From: Lama glama
Lineage: Eukaryota
DNA: 64,000 bases
Assembly: GCA_028534125.1 (NCBI GenBank)
Contig: CM052817.1
Coordinates: forward strand, 82,524,001-82,588,000
Reading direction: 5' to 3'
Below the pieces are notes generated by a model, which saw only the letters and a list, made by a program, of their open reading frames with translations, did no database searches and was not told the origin of the DNA. Numbering within the stretch: the first letter of the stretch is position 1; every line of letters begins with the position of its first letter. Made by a program: the position numbers and the translations under genes. This document shows positions 1-12,114 of the stretch, in pieces.

Positions 1-59
1 TGTGGGGGTATGATGTGATCTAGTGATTATGGTGATTGAGATACTTTGTTTCTATAGAA

Positions 60-1650
60 TACCTAGGGACGTTCTGTAAATGTCCTTTATAATACTGAGA
101 AACCTTTATTATATTCCTACTTTGTGAGAATTTTGGATATAAATTGGAATTGAACAGGCATTTTATAAATTGTTTTCTCTGCCTCTATTAAAATGATTAT
201 ATCACTTTTCTCTTTTGATTAATTAATATGGAAATTCAACAGGTTGGTTTCTGAATGGTAAACTAACCTACCATACCTAAAATAAAACCCCTTTGGTCAT
301 GCTGTATTAACTCTTCTTCCATTGCTAGATTCTCTCTTAATATTTTGTTAAGGAATTTTATGCATATGTTTATGAAGAATATTGGTCTGAAATTTCCTTT
401 TTTGTGATTTTTTATATCATTTTGGTGTCATGGTTTTGCTGGCCTCATAAAATGAGTTTAAAAATATTATCTCCTCCTCTTATTTTCTGGAAGTGGGTGT
501 GTAAGATTCCTCTCACTTTTTTTCCTGAAATATCTGGTAGAATTCACCAGTAAAGACATATAATATAAAATCAGTTATGATTCCTTTTTTTATGTTTTTT
601 CCAGTTATTACTGCCCAACAAACTTGGGAAAAAAAAACCTAACTTTGTTTCAGCATGTGCTTCTCAGAGAAAAAACAGACTCAGTGATTCTTTTTAAATG
701 GCTAGAGCAATATTCAGATTTTATATTTCTCCTTATATTTCCTGGCTTAAAATTAGTAATATCCATTATAATTTCTTCATAAGATCTGTAGTAATACTGT
801 ATTTTTTCTATCTTGGTCCATCAATCTTGCCAGATGTCTTTCAGTTTTATTTTTGAAAACAATCAATTTTAGATATTCCTCATTTTCTGTATTTTTCTTT
901 ATTAATACTTTTGACATATACACTTAATTATTTTTCGTGTAACTGTTGGTTTAATATGGTTTTTTGTTGACTATATAATATCAGCTTATATACAGGTGAG
1001 ATTATATTTTTCTGTAAGCACAGCTTTAGCATTATACCACAAAATTTTGATATATTTTATGTTATCGATCTCTGAAATATTTTTCACTGTCTTTTTTATT
1101 CTTTTCCCTGTCATTTATTCAGAAGTTTATAAATATCCACATACTTATAACTGTACTTATATCTGTCTTTAGTGTTTTAGCTTTTAGTTCAATTCTACTG
1201 TAGTCAGAAAAAATACTTGACTGATTTCAGTATTTTGAAATTTGTTGAGTTAACTTATGTCAAAGCATATAATCAAAGTTGATAAATGTTTTACATGTAC
1301 TTGAAGAATATGAACTCTGTCATTTGGGGGTACAATGTTACAGTATGTGAAGTAGGTCAGATGTGTTATCTTTGTTTTTTAAACCTTAATGGTTGCTCAG
1401 AAATTCTTTAGCCCTCCTTTAACTTTCAGCCTTCATTGACCTAATATTGAGAGAAGGACTCTTAAAAGCATCATTCAGTTCTGGTCATAATTTTTTATCA
1501 CTTGATTTCCAAATTGGCAATCTTTGACTTTGAACTGTTATTGGTTCTCTTTTTATTTCATGTACTTATTGATAACTGTGGGTTTATATCTGATATCTTT
1601 CTGTTTTGGCCAACACATTGATGCATTTAAATATTCAAATAGTATTTTTC
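60..1650 (-). mobile_element. Old, degraded LINE-1 (L1M-type) ORF2 5' region, antisense
   Basis: T-rich sequence resembling antisense L1 ORF2, e.g. 'ttttgctggcctcataaaatgagtt', 'tggtagaattcaccagtaaag', 'tattttgaaatttgttgag'. No intact ORF. Boundaries approximate. Confidence 0.75.
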
Positions 1651-1782
1651 TGAGCTTCTTTTTTTGTTGTTTTAATTAGGAGTGGTTGAAAGTTTCTGTT
1701 TTACCATATAGCCAACAATAGCTTCCTGTTGGTCTCTTTCTGATTACTATTTTTTTAAAAAAACAGGTGCTTTTCACAGGAA

Positions 1783-1830
1783 GTTTTTGTTTTTTGTTTG
1801 TTTGTTTTGTTTTGTTTTGTTTTGTTTTTG
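1783..1830. repeat. (TTTTG)n/(TTTG)n simple repeat
   Basis: Read directly from the sequence. Confidence 0.9.
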
Positions 1831-3224
1831 ACAAATAAGACTGGCCACAGAAGTTACCTAGAAATACAGGTAGTTTCAAAATATGAATGTAGTTTTAATC
1901 ATCTGTTACAGAGACTTAATCATCTCTTCTATGTAGTCATTCCAGTGAGCTAAATCTCCACAACCCCCATAACTTTGAGTTAGCAGGGCATTAGCTTAAC
2001 TCACAATTAAAGTCAGTAAGCAGTAGGTCAGCAAGTATATAGGTGCATGTGTGTGTGAGTCTATGAAATATTTAGATACTATTTGTTCCTCTTCGACTGT
2101 CTTTGATCAGTAGTTCAAAAATCAGTTACCATCTACTATTCCTTCACTCCACCCCTGTGCCCACTGCCTTTCTGCTTCCTCTGTAGTTCCCCCACTATAT
2201 TGTATGGTGACGTGATACTCGGGGAAGATGCCATAGTTGATACTTATGGCTGGGTTACGATTTCAAGTAACACATTTATTTGAGGTTGTTTGGGTCATGA
2301 GACATACTTTTGGAAAGCTCTCTGTGCTGCCAAAGATCTATAGAGATATACGTGTTCTTTGATTTGTCCCTTTATCGGGTTTACTTTTCATGCATTTAGC
2401 AGCAGCTCTTTGTAGTTTGAGTATAAGTTGTAAAAATGGTACTTCTTTTCTGTTTGGCTAGTTTGAGGGAAAAAAGTGAGGTAGAAATACTCTTGCTTAT
2501 ATTTTTTTTTACCTACATTAAAATCAAGAACAGTTTTAGGCCATGCAACTAAATTTTCTCCATGCCTAATTAAAAAGTCTGACTTCTGTTTTTGGAAGGA
2601 AAAATATAGAAGCGACAGAGATTGTGCTTTTCCTGGGCATATTCTTATACAGCAAAGCGCCCTAGAGGTATTCTACTTGTGATTTTCAATATTACTGAAA
2701 TATTGAAGCATATATTAAAAAATTAAGCATACATCAATTTGGCCTATTACTAGAAGTATGAGGATTTTAAATAAATCTATAGATAAGATGTAGTACAGAG
2801 CTAAAAGTTTTCCATGTATTCTGATTGCTTAAAGCATTTGGTCCAGTAATAATTTGATGTGGTAAATTATATAAAGAAAGGCCACCATGTTCTTTCAGAG
2901 ATTGGCAAACAGATATTCAGACCAAACTGGCATTAAATAAAAACACACATGAAAATTCTCCAAATCAGTGACCGTGTTGAAAATTAAATAGATGGATTTT
3001 CACAATAATACAGATTTCACATCTGGCATCTTGAGAAGCCCCATCAGTATTACACACGAGCCATTCCAAATGTTAGGCAACAAGATATATTCATTAAGGG
3101 TGACCCATGGAACACCAGCCAGGAGCATATGGCAATTGTCTTTACCATACAAAAATCTGGGTTGTGGTATATGCAAAGAATCTAAGACATTCATACAGCA
3201 GACTGCCTTAGAAACTATTTTTTT

Positions 3225-3281
3225 TAACTTTTTAAAATTGAGTTATAGTCATTTTACAATGTTGTGTCAAATTCCACTGTA
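3225..3281 (-). mobile_element. Extremely 5'-truncated young L1 3' terminus with target-site duplication
   Basis: 'ttgagttatagtcattttacaatgttgtgtcaaattccactgta' matches the L1 3' end at ~51730. Flanked by direct repeat cttagaaactattttttt at 3207-3224 and 3282-3299. Confidence 0.85.
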
Positions 3282-3935
3282 CTTAGAAACTATTTTTTTC
3301 TGGCCACTCTGTTCTTAAATTTTTCCAAGGCACTACAGAAAACAACACATAGAAATGTGCTGGGAAACTGCAGAAAGTTACAAAAGTTTGGCACAAGATA
3401 ATTACTCATTTTTATATGCTTCTGATTATATTTTTAAAAACCTTCTGCCCTGTTTTAAAGAATTTAACATGATTTAAAGTGGCTTTCAATGATATGTAAT
3501 ACTTAATATTCCAAAAGTAGAATGCAAATAAGAAACAAGGGTAAAATTAAAACAAGTAACAGAGAAAACCTAAGATATTGCATGCTATAATATCCTGTAC
3601 ATATATATTGTAGTTTATTACGAAATCCACACATCTAATAGGAATAAATGGAAAGCCAAGTTTTGACTAGCCATACAAATAGACATGACCAAAAAAATTA
3701 AGATGTTTGAAATTGGTGCATGGTTTAAGGAAACCATTTGCTGTCTTGACTCCTTATTTCCTGTCTTGATACCAATAATAACCTAATTTTTCAACTAATA
3801 CCTTCATCCCACACAATTGAAAAATCATTCTCACGACTGAAAGTTTGTTGAACTGTTTGAATGATTGATATATTCCTAAATAACAGAATACAAATTTTAT
3901 TAGAGTTAATGTCACAATGCTCCTTGCTCATCTTT

Positions 3936-6412
3936 TTTTTTAAATGAAGTATACTTTAAGTTATACAACACATTGATTTATTTTTTTATAGATTACACAC
4001 CATACAGAGTTGTTATAAAATTTTAACTGTATTCTCTGCAATGTGCATTGCATTCCACTGACATTTATTTTATAACTGGTGATTTGTACCTCTTAATTCC
4101 CTTCGCCTGTTTTGCCCCTCCTAGCACCCCTTTCCCTCATGGCAACCACTACTTTGTTCTCTGTATCTGTGGGTCTGTTTTGTTATATTAATTTGTTTTG
4201 TTTCTTACATTCCAAATATAAGTGGAAACATATAGTATTTGTCTTTCTCTGACTTATTTCATTAAGTGTAATACCCTCTAAGGACCATCCATGATGTCAC
4301 AAACTGCAAGATTTCATTCTTTCATTAGTTTTCATTTTTATGGTTAAGGAATAATCCATTATATATGTGTTGCATAATGGAATATTACTCAGCCATTAAA
4401 AGGGAAATATAAATATATATAATCTCATTTATTCATCTGTCAATGGACACTTAGATTGTTTCCATATCTTAAGTATTGGAAATAATTATTCTATGAGTAC
4501 TGGGATGCATATGTCTTTTTCAACTAGCTTTTAAAAAATTTTTTTTTTCAGGTAAATATTCAGAAGTAGAATTGCTAGATTGTATTTCCTCTATACCCAT
4601 TTCTTATAAGGCTGGTTTAATGGCAGTACATCTTAGTTTTTGTTTGGGAAACACTTTCTCCTTCAGTTCTTCAATTCTAAATGATAACAATACTGGGTAG
4701 AGAATCCTTCATTGTAATTCTTTTTCTTTGAGCACTGTAAGTATATTATGCTACTCCTTTGTGGACTGGAAAGTTTCTGCTGAAAAAATCAGCTGATACC
4801 CCTGTTGGGCTTCTTTGTATATGACTTTGTTTTTATCTTGCTGTCTTTAAAATTCTCCCTTTAACTTTTACCATTTTAAGTATGTTGTGTCTTGGTATGG
4901 ATCTCTTGGGGTTCATCTTATTTGGGATTCTCTGTGCTTCCTTTACCTGAATAGCTGTTTCCTTTTTCAGATTAGGGAAGTTTCTAGCCATAATTTCATC
5001 AAATATATTTTCTGCCTCTTTTTCTCTCTATTCCTTCTGGGACCCCTGTAATGAAAGTGTTAGTTCATTTGATGTAGTTTCTCAGACCTCTTAAATATCT
5101 ACATTTAAAATTGTTTTTTCTTTTTTCTGGTCCAACTGGGTGATTCCTACTATTCTGTCTTCCAGGTTCCTTATACATTTTTCCTGTATCATTTAGTCTG
5201 CTGTTGTTTCCCTCTAGTTTTGTGTTTTAGTTATTGTATTTTCCAGCTCTGTTTGGTTCTTTTTTCTGTTTTGTAATTCTTTGTTGAAGCTCTCACTGTG
5301 TTCCCTTATTGTTTCCCTATTTTGGTGAGCCTTTTTTTTTATGACCCTTTGAACTCGTATCAAGTAAATTACTTTTCTCATTTCATTAGGATGTTTTTTC
5401 CCTTTGTTCTTCTGTTTGGAACATTTTCCTATGTCTTTTCATTTTGTTTGACTTTCTGTGTCTGTCTCCATGAAAACAGGTGAAAAAGTTACCTTTCCCA
5501 GTTTCTAAGGCATGTCCTTGTGTAGGAGTGCACCTCTGCAGTCTGTGTGTTCCTGGTAGCTTTGGCAGGAAGACTGGAGTTGAAGCAAGTGTGAGCTGAA
5601 GTTTTTTCCAGGGTGTGCTGGTGGCTGTTGCCTTCAGGGTGGGGTGAGGGGAAGGCTGCAGCCAGAAAGGCTAGAGCTGCAGCTCTGCATAGGTTGCAGC
5701 TTCTCCTAGGGGATTCAGGTGGTTGCACCTTGAAGGAGGGCAGGACTGGAGCTGGAGCCCAGAAGGGGCCAGACTTTTCCCAGAGTGCACCAGGGCTGAT
5801 CCTTTGGCAGGTGGTGGGGTGTTACAACTGGAGCCCAGTGCAGACTGGGTGCATGCTAGGGCCCTGATGGCAGGCCAGCTAGAGTACCAAGCACTTTTCA
5901 ATTTGCTGCCTCTGCAATGGGACTGGAAACAAATAAGTTTGTGGATACGCCCTTTAAGAGCAGATTCAGTTTTCCTACAGCCCTCAAGTTCTCCCTGTTG
6001 TGAGACACGCTGGTTTTCAAAACCAGTTATGATGCCTTATCTTCCCAATGCTGGACTCCAGGGCTGAGGTGCCCAATGTGGGGCTTGAACTCTTGCACTT
6101 TAGGGAGGTCCTCAATGTTTGTGATATCTCCTTCTCGTTTGGGTTGCCCACTGAAGTGTATGTCTTGACTAGATTGCTTCTCTTCTCTTCCCTTCTACTC
6201 ATCTCAATCATCTCATCATCTCAATGTGAGTGTGTGTGTGTGTCTCTGTGTGTGTGTGTTCTTTTTTTCCATTCTTATTTGTAAAAGAGGCATTCTGCTA
6301 GTCTCCAGGTTGTTCTCAGAGAGATTTGTTTTACATGTGGTTGTAGTTTTGGTGTTTTCATGGGAGAAGGTGAGCTTGTGTCTTTTTAGTCTGCACTCGA
6401 TCCCACTTCTCT
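3936..6412 (-). mobile_element. Internally deleted L1 / HAL1-like element: 5'UTR, ORF1 remnant, ORF2 C-terminal tip, 3'UTR and poly(A)
   Basis: Minus strand 5010->4830 translates as NIFDEIMARNFPNLKKETAIQVKEAQRIPNKMNPKRSIPRH (L1 ORF1p-like). 3936-4580 is an L1 3' end and 5490-6410 a GC-richer 5'UTR. TSD ttgctcatcttt at 3924-3935 and 6413-6424. Confidence 0.85.
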
Positions 6413-6541
6413 TTGCTCATCTTTATATACCAAGTTTCTAACATAATTCTACCATTTTTACCTGTGTTACTATATTGTGACGTTTACTTAATTTGATTGT
6501 ATAATACGAAATAATGCTTCTGTAATTTGAGTTTATGCATA

Positions 6542-6690
6542 CAGCCAGTTCTGCTACAATATGATACAGCATTCCTGAACATTTTATATTATGTAAAATT
6601 ATGCACTGAAATAAGGAGGCATGCCAGAAAGACAGTTATGGACAAACCACTTAAAATATATGCAACTTTCTAACCTGACCTCCAACTGAA
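6542..6690. mobile_element. TcMar-Tigger-type DNA transposon terminal fragment
   Basis: TA followed by 'cagccagttctgctacaat...tgtaaaattatgc', resembling recalled Tigger termini (CAGCCAGTTCTGCTATAAC). Confidence 0.55.
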
Positions 6691-7989
6691 AAATAACACT
6701 ACAAGTAAATATAAGATACAGTAAATTATACTTTTTAAAAAGAGAAAAGAGTTTTAAAACCATTATCCAAGGAGAAAATTTTAAGAAAAATCAAGGATTA
6801 TTATTCTTAGGAACAAAAAATAATTTTAGAACTTGTAGTTTTTCTTCTTGAAGGAAATTTCCTCTGGATTTAAAATGCCACTTTTTCAGATTTATATTTA
6901 TATTCAAGATTATATGTAGGGAGGGGTGATATTAAGTGATCTGTTATTATATTGACTAGCACTTATCCTGATTTATATCTAAAATATAGTGTGATTAAAA
7001 TAGTTAATAAACCATAAGAAACTTGCAGGTGGTTAGTTTTAAATTCAAAAGAATAGCAGTTTATCTCAGTTTATTTTTGTTTATCAGCGAAGTTGTAGTT
7101 GAAGCTGTGTTTGGAGTATGTCACTTGTGTCAGACTTCTGCTCATATTATAATGGAAGTAGGGGTGGGTTTGATACCCAACTTGTTAGAAGGAGAATAGA
7201 TTACATAGAAAGCCAATTATTAAAAGACCCATTACTAAATAGAAACAGACTCATTAAATGTCACTCTATGGTGATCAGTAAATACTTGTTGCATTTGAGT
7301 TGCAGGAATAAGCTTTCCTACATCAAATCCAGTCTGGCTGAGCCTATACTTGCCAGGGTGGGGTGGAAATCAGTTCTGAGTCATTGTGGAATAGAAAGCC
7401 CCTTTCCCTCTCTTTCAGAGACAGGAGAATCCTAGTGATCTTGAAGCAAGTCATCAGGACTTCAGCCCATTACAGTGACCTCAGAATTGCTTACTTTCCA
7501 AATGACGTAGTTTATCTGAAGATACATTTTACTGCCCCTTGTCATCCATTTCCGCTCTGCCAGGATCTCCCTCATAGCTCTTAATTTTTTAAAAAATATA
7601 GTCGAGTTTCCATTTTGAAGCACCTCCTCCTTTGGGGACAATCATATTCTTAGGACCCTTCCTGGGAGTAGAACACAGGTGTCAACCCCTCTTGAAACCT
7701 CACAGTCCTCTATCTTTTGAGTATCAAGTAGTATAATCTAGTTCTTCCCTTTTCCTTCAAATGCATATCTTTCCCTTCTTGGGCAAACCATCTGCTATTG
7801 TGATGTCAGCTTTTGAAGAACCAGAGGCCTATTAATCCTCCCCTAAAAAAGAAAGTCACACTTGGAAAGCTGAGGTAGCATGCTCTCTGCAGATGCTACA
7901 CAATCGAGAACAAGAGAATTATTATTCTGGTTGATAATCCTGTTGCACACTTAAACACCACCCTCTAACAACAGTAGTTGAGGTTTGAT

Positions 7990-8812
7990 TCACTACCCTT
8001 CACCCCTAACACAGCATCACAACCTGCCAAATCTCTCTTGGATCTGTCTACTTCTCTCCAGCTCTCAGGGAGCGAACCTAGATTAAAACACCTCATCTCT
8101 CACCTGGACTACTACAGGGTATCTCCCCATCTCATTCTCATATGCTCAAATTCCTTCTTCACAGAGGGAGATGATTTTAAAATACAAATTAGTTTATACT
8201 TATTTATTTATTATTTATTTTATTATACCACATCCCCACCTTCCTATACATTCCTTTCTTGAAGACTTGTAAATGGCTTCTCATTTCTCTAAGAATAAAG
8301 TCCAGCACTGTAGCGTACAAGATCCCGGAAGGGTTAACCTTTCTAGAACACTCCAACTAATTTTACACCAACACCACTTTGTTCTCTGCATTCAGCAACA
8401 TTGCTGTCATTCACTCTGTCCTTGGGTCATGGTCTCCAGTGCCGGCCAGACCTCCTCCAGCCCTGCACAGCCCACAGCACTCAGACAGAAGGTGCTTTCA
8501 CCTGCTGCTGCTTCTTGGAAGAGGCCACTTTCCATTTCACCATGTACTTCCTATTCCTTCTTCAGGTTTCAGTTGAATCTTTACTTCTCTGACTTTTTTT
8601 TCCCAAGATGAAATCCTGCCTGTTATAACTACTTTTCCACAGATACATCAGCATTTGTTTTAAACATTAGTTTTAATGTTTTGGTTCAGACAGAATTCCA
8701 TCTCCATGAAAGCAGGGCTCTATAAGTTTTTTGTTTACTATTATATCTACCCTATGAAATACAGTTTCTGACATTTTGTAGGTGGTGAGTAAATATTTGT
8801 TAAAAGAAAGAC
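7990..8812 (+). mobile_element. LINE-2 3' portion
   Basis: 'catctctcacctggactactac' and an L2-type terminus 'ctccatgaaagcaggg...gtaggtggtgagtaaatatttgtt'. Confidence 0.7.
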
Positions 8813-9410
8813 TATTCATACCTAGGTACAGTACAGTAGTTATTTGGCTGATCATTTGCACTTACAGTTGTGATTTTTTTTTTCCCCTTTCTTCTTGTGG
8901 TACTGGAGTGCAGAGTCGTTTGGAATAAGTAAAAAGGAAAACAAATAATCCCACATTATGGGGAAAGTCCTAAAGAATATTGTTAAGATTGACTTTTCCT
9001 GGAAAATAGGAAATAAACCTAATTCTTAATCCTTTTATCTTTGTGTATTAAATATATTTTGCTTTAAAATGAAAAATAAATATTTGTGTTTGGGAAAAAA
9101 AGTTAATATTAGTTAATTCTTTTTTTCCACTTAGGTAAGAATCTACATTATTTAGGCTTCTAACTCCCCATTACATGGTGAGAAAAAAATACGCTAATGA
9201 AGAGCCAGCTTTTTTCCAGGTAATGATACTGGAAGACAGGCAACTTGAAAGACAATATGACCTTATTTTGATTTTTAACTTGAAATAATTGTGCACTAAA
9301 AAATTCAGTATCTTACTCAAACTTGAGCTACTCATGTTGGTATACTACAGCTACACTGTTCACGCCTCATACTCTGAGACTTCCAACATAATGTGGAAAG
9401 TAGAGTTGAG

Positions 9411-9910
9411 NNNNNNNNNNNNNNNNNNNNNNNNNNNNNNNNNNNNNNNNNNNNNNNNNNNNNNNNNNNNNNNNNNNNNNNNNNNNNNNNNNNNNNNNNN
9501 NNNNNNNNNNNNNNNNNNNNNNNNNNNNNNNNNNNNNNNNNNNNNNNNNNNNNNNNNNNNNNNNNNNNNNNNNNNNNNNNNNNNNNNNNNNNNNNNNNNN
9601 NNNNNNNNNNNNNNNNNNNNNNNNNNNNNNNNNNNNNNNNNNNNNNNNNNNNNNNNNNNNNNNNNNNNNNNNNNNNNNNNNNNNNNNNNNNNNNNNNNNN
9701 NNNNNNNNNNNNNNNNNNNNNNNNNNNNNNNNNNNNNNNNNNNNNNNNNNNNNNNNNNNNNNNNNNNNNNNNNNNNNNNNNNNNNNNNNNNNNNNNNNNN
9801 NNNNNNNNNNNNNNNNNNNNNNNNNNNNNNNNNNNNNNNNNNNNNNNNNNNNNNNNNNNNNNNNNNNNNNNNNNNNNNNNNNNNNNNNNNNNNNNNNNNN
9901 NNNNNNNNNN
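9411..9910. other. Assembly gap (500 N)
   Basis: Run of N. It probably hides the 3' part of the L1 that resumes at 9911. Confidence 0.99.
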
Positions 9911-11806
9911 TTGATGTTGTCCCAAAGGTCTCTTAAACTGGCCCCATTTCTTTTCATTCTTTTTTCTGTTTGGTGGCAGTGATTTCCACTACTCTGCCTT
10001 CCAGCTCACTGATCCATTCTTCTGAATCATTTTGTCCACTATTGATTCCTTCTAGTGTATTTTTCATTTCAGATACTGTATTCTTCATCTCTATTTGGTT
10101 CTTAAATATTGTCTAACTCTTTGTTAAAAACTTCCAACTTCTTACTCTGTGCATCCATTCTTCTCCTGAGTTCTTTGGTCATCTTTATGATCATTACTCT
10201 GAACTCCTTCTCAGGTAAATTGCCTATCTCCACTTCACTTAGTTCTTCTGCTGGAGTGTTATCTTGTTTTCCCATCGGGAATATATTTCTCTGCCACCTC
10301 GTTTTGTCTGAGTTGCTTTTGTATCTTTATGTAGGGGTTGGTTAGGTTTCTTGACCATGGAGAGCTAGCCTCTGTAGGAGTGTGCTTTCCTGTCATCGCC
10401 CAAGCCATATGCTCTAGGGGTTCCCCATTAGAGGGCTGTGTGTGTCCTTCTGTTGTGGTGGGCTGACTATGTGGGCGGTCTCACAGGCTTGGCTGGCCCC
10501 TTGTGTGGTTTGGTGCCAGGTTTGCCTCGTATGGATGCTGCTGGCTGCTGTTGGGTGGGGCACGAGGTGGTTGGTTGTGGAATCCTAGGGGCTAGTGCAG
10601 ATTCACTGGTGTACACAGTCAGAGTCCCATGATTCTGTGGCTGTTGCCCACCCACTGGTAGGTGAAACTGGATCCTGGGGTTAGTGCCAAACTACTGGCA
10701 GGCAAAATTGATTCTTGGAGTCTGGGTCCAGGGATTCCCAGAGCCTGTTTCAGGTCGTTGGTGGGGCTGGGCTGGTTCCTGATGCAGTTGGGAATGGATT
10801 CTGGGGTGTCTGGAAGGAGGGTTTTGTTGGTCTGCTAGTCAGCAGGGCCCAGCTTGTCCCAGGGTAGGATCTGGCCTATGTTGTTGGATCATAGTTTTCT
10901 TGCTTCTGGTGTCTGCCCCCTAGTGGGTGATGCTGGGCTTGTGCAGGCTTTGGGGCAGGAAGGGCTGGTGCCTGTCCACTGGTGGCTGGAGGTGGGTCTT
11001 GGTCCTCTGCTGGGCTGGGTCCTTTCTAGGGGCATACCAGAGGCCACTGTGGGCTCTTTAGTCTCGAGGCACCCTGTTTGCTGATGGGTGGGGCTGTGTT
11101 CCCACCCAGTTTGTTGTTTGGCCTGTGTCCCAGCACTGAAGACTACAGGTTTTGGGTGGGGCTAGGTCTTGGTGCTAATAATCCAAGATATCAGCTGCCA
11201 TGAGTGTTCACACGGCCGAATGGTCCCCAGTATTTCTGACACCATTGTATATGTCCCCAGAGTGAGCTGCAGCCACCCCTTGCCTCTCCAGTATTCACTG
11301 GAGACCTGAATAAGACCAGATAGGTAAGGCCCAGCCTCCTATCAAATTACCGCTTTTGCCCCGGTCTCAGTGCATGTGACATTTTGTGTGTGTCCTGTAA
11401 GAGTGAAGTTTCTATTTCTCCCAAGTCCTATGGGGCTCCTGCAGTTCAGCCCCACTGGCCTTCAAAGACAAATACTCTGGGGGCTTATCTTCCCAGTGCT
11501 AGAACCCCAGGCTGGTGAGCCTGACATGGGGCTCAGAACTCTCACTGCTATGGGAGAACCTCTGCAATATAATTATTCTCCAGTTTGTGGGCTCCCCACC
11601 CAGGAAGTATGGACTTTGATTATATCATGGGTCCACGTCTCCTACCCATCTCCTTTTGGTCCCTTCTTTATGTCTTTAGCTGTAGATCATCTTTTCTGGT
11701 AGGTTCCAGTCCTTTTCATCAATAGTTGTTCTACAGATAATTGTGATTTTGGTGTGAGAGGAGGTGAGCTTGAGGTCTTTCTTCTCTGCCATCTTGGCCA
11801 CCCTCC
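9911..11806 (-). mobile_element. L1 5'UTR and ORF1 N-terminal half; 3' part lost in the gap
   Basis: Minus frame reads MKRNGASLRDLWDNI (ORF1p 'SLRDLWDNIK' motif). GC-rich, internally repetitive 5'UTR. 5' terminus ggagggtggccaagatggc at 11806. Confidence 0.9.
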
Positions 11807-12114
11807 ATAAAAATATAATTTAGCCACAAATTCAGCATGTTCAGTCTCTCTTGTTTTATGGTTTTATGGGAAATCTATGTTGCAGACAAGTTTGCTTTAT
11901 AGCAAATAATGGTTATTTCTTATTGAAATTTTGATATAAAATATACTATGTTAGCATGGTAGAATATCTTAGGAGACTTAAAGTGAAATATTTGGTATAG
12001 GAAATATACTGGCTATCTTTTCTATATGTGGAATAATTATGAATATGAAAATTATAGTGCTGTGTACTATTTCATATTTTTTCATGTCTTAACCATCTTT
12101 TTAAATAAACATTT

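Noticed and set aside
5298..6441. Cluster of overlapping ORFs in GC-richer DNA (also 10438-11702 and 59175-60441)
   Set aside because: They lie in L1 5'UTR/ORF1 sequence, where stop codons are rarer, and show no recognisable protein similarity.
9289..9957. The longest ORFs in the track (173-215 aa)
   Set aside because: They are artefacts of reading through the 500-N gap.
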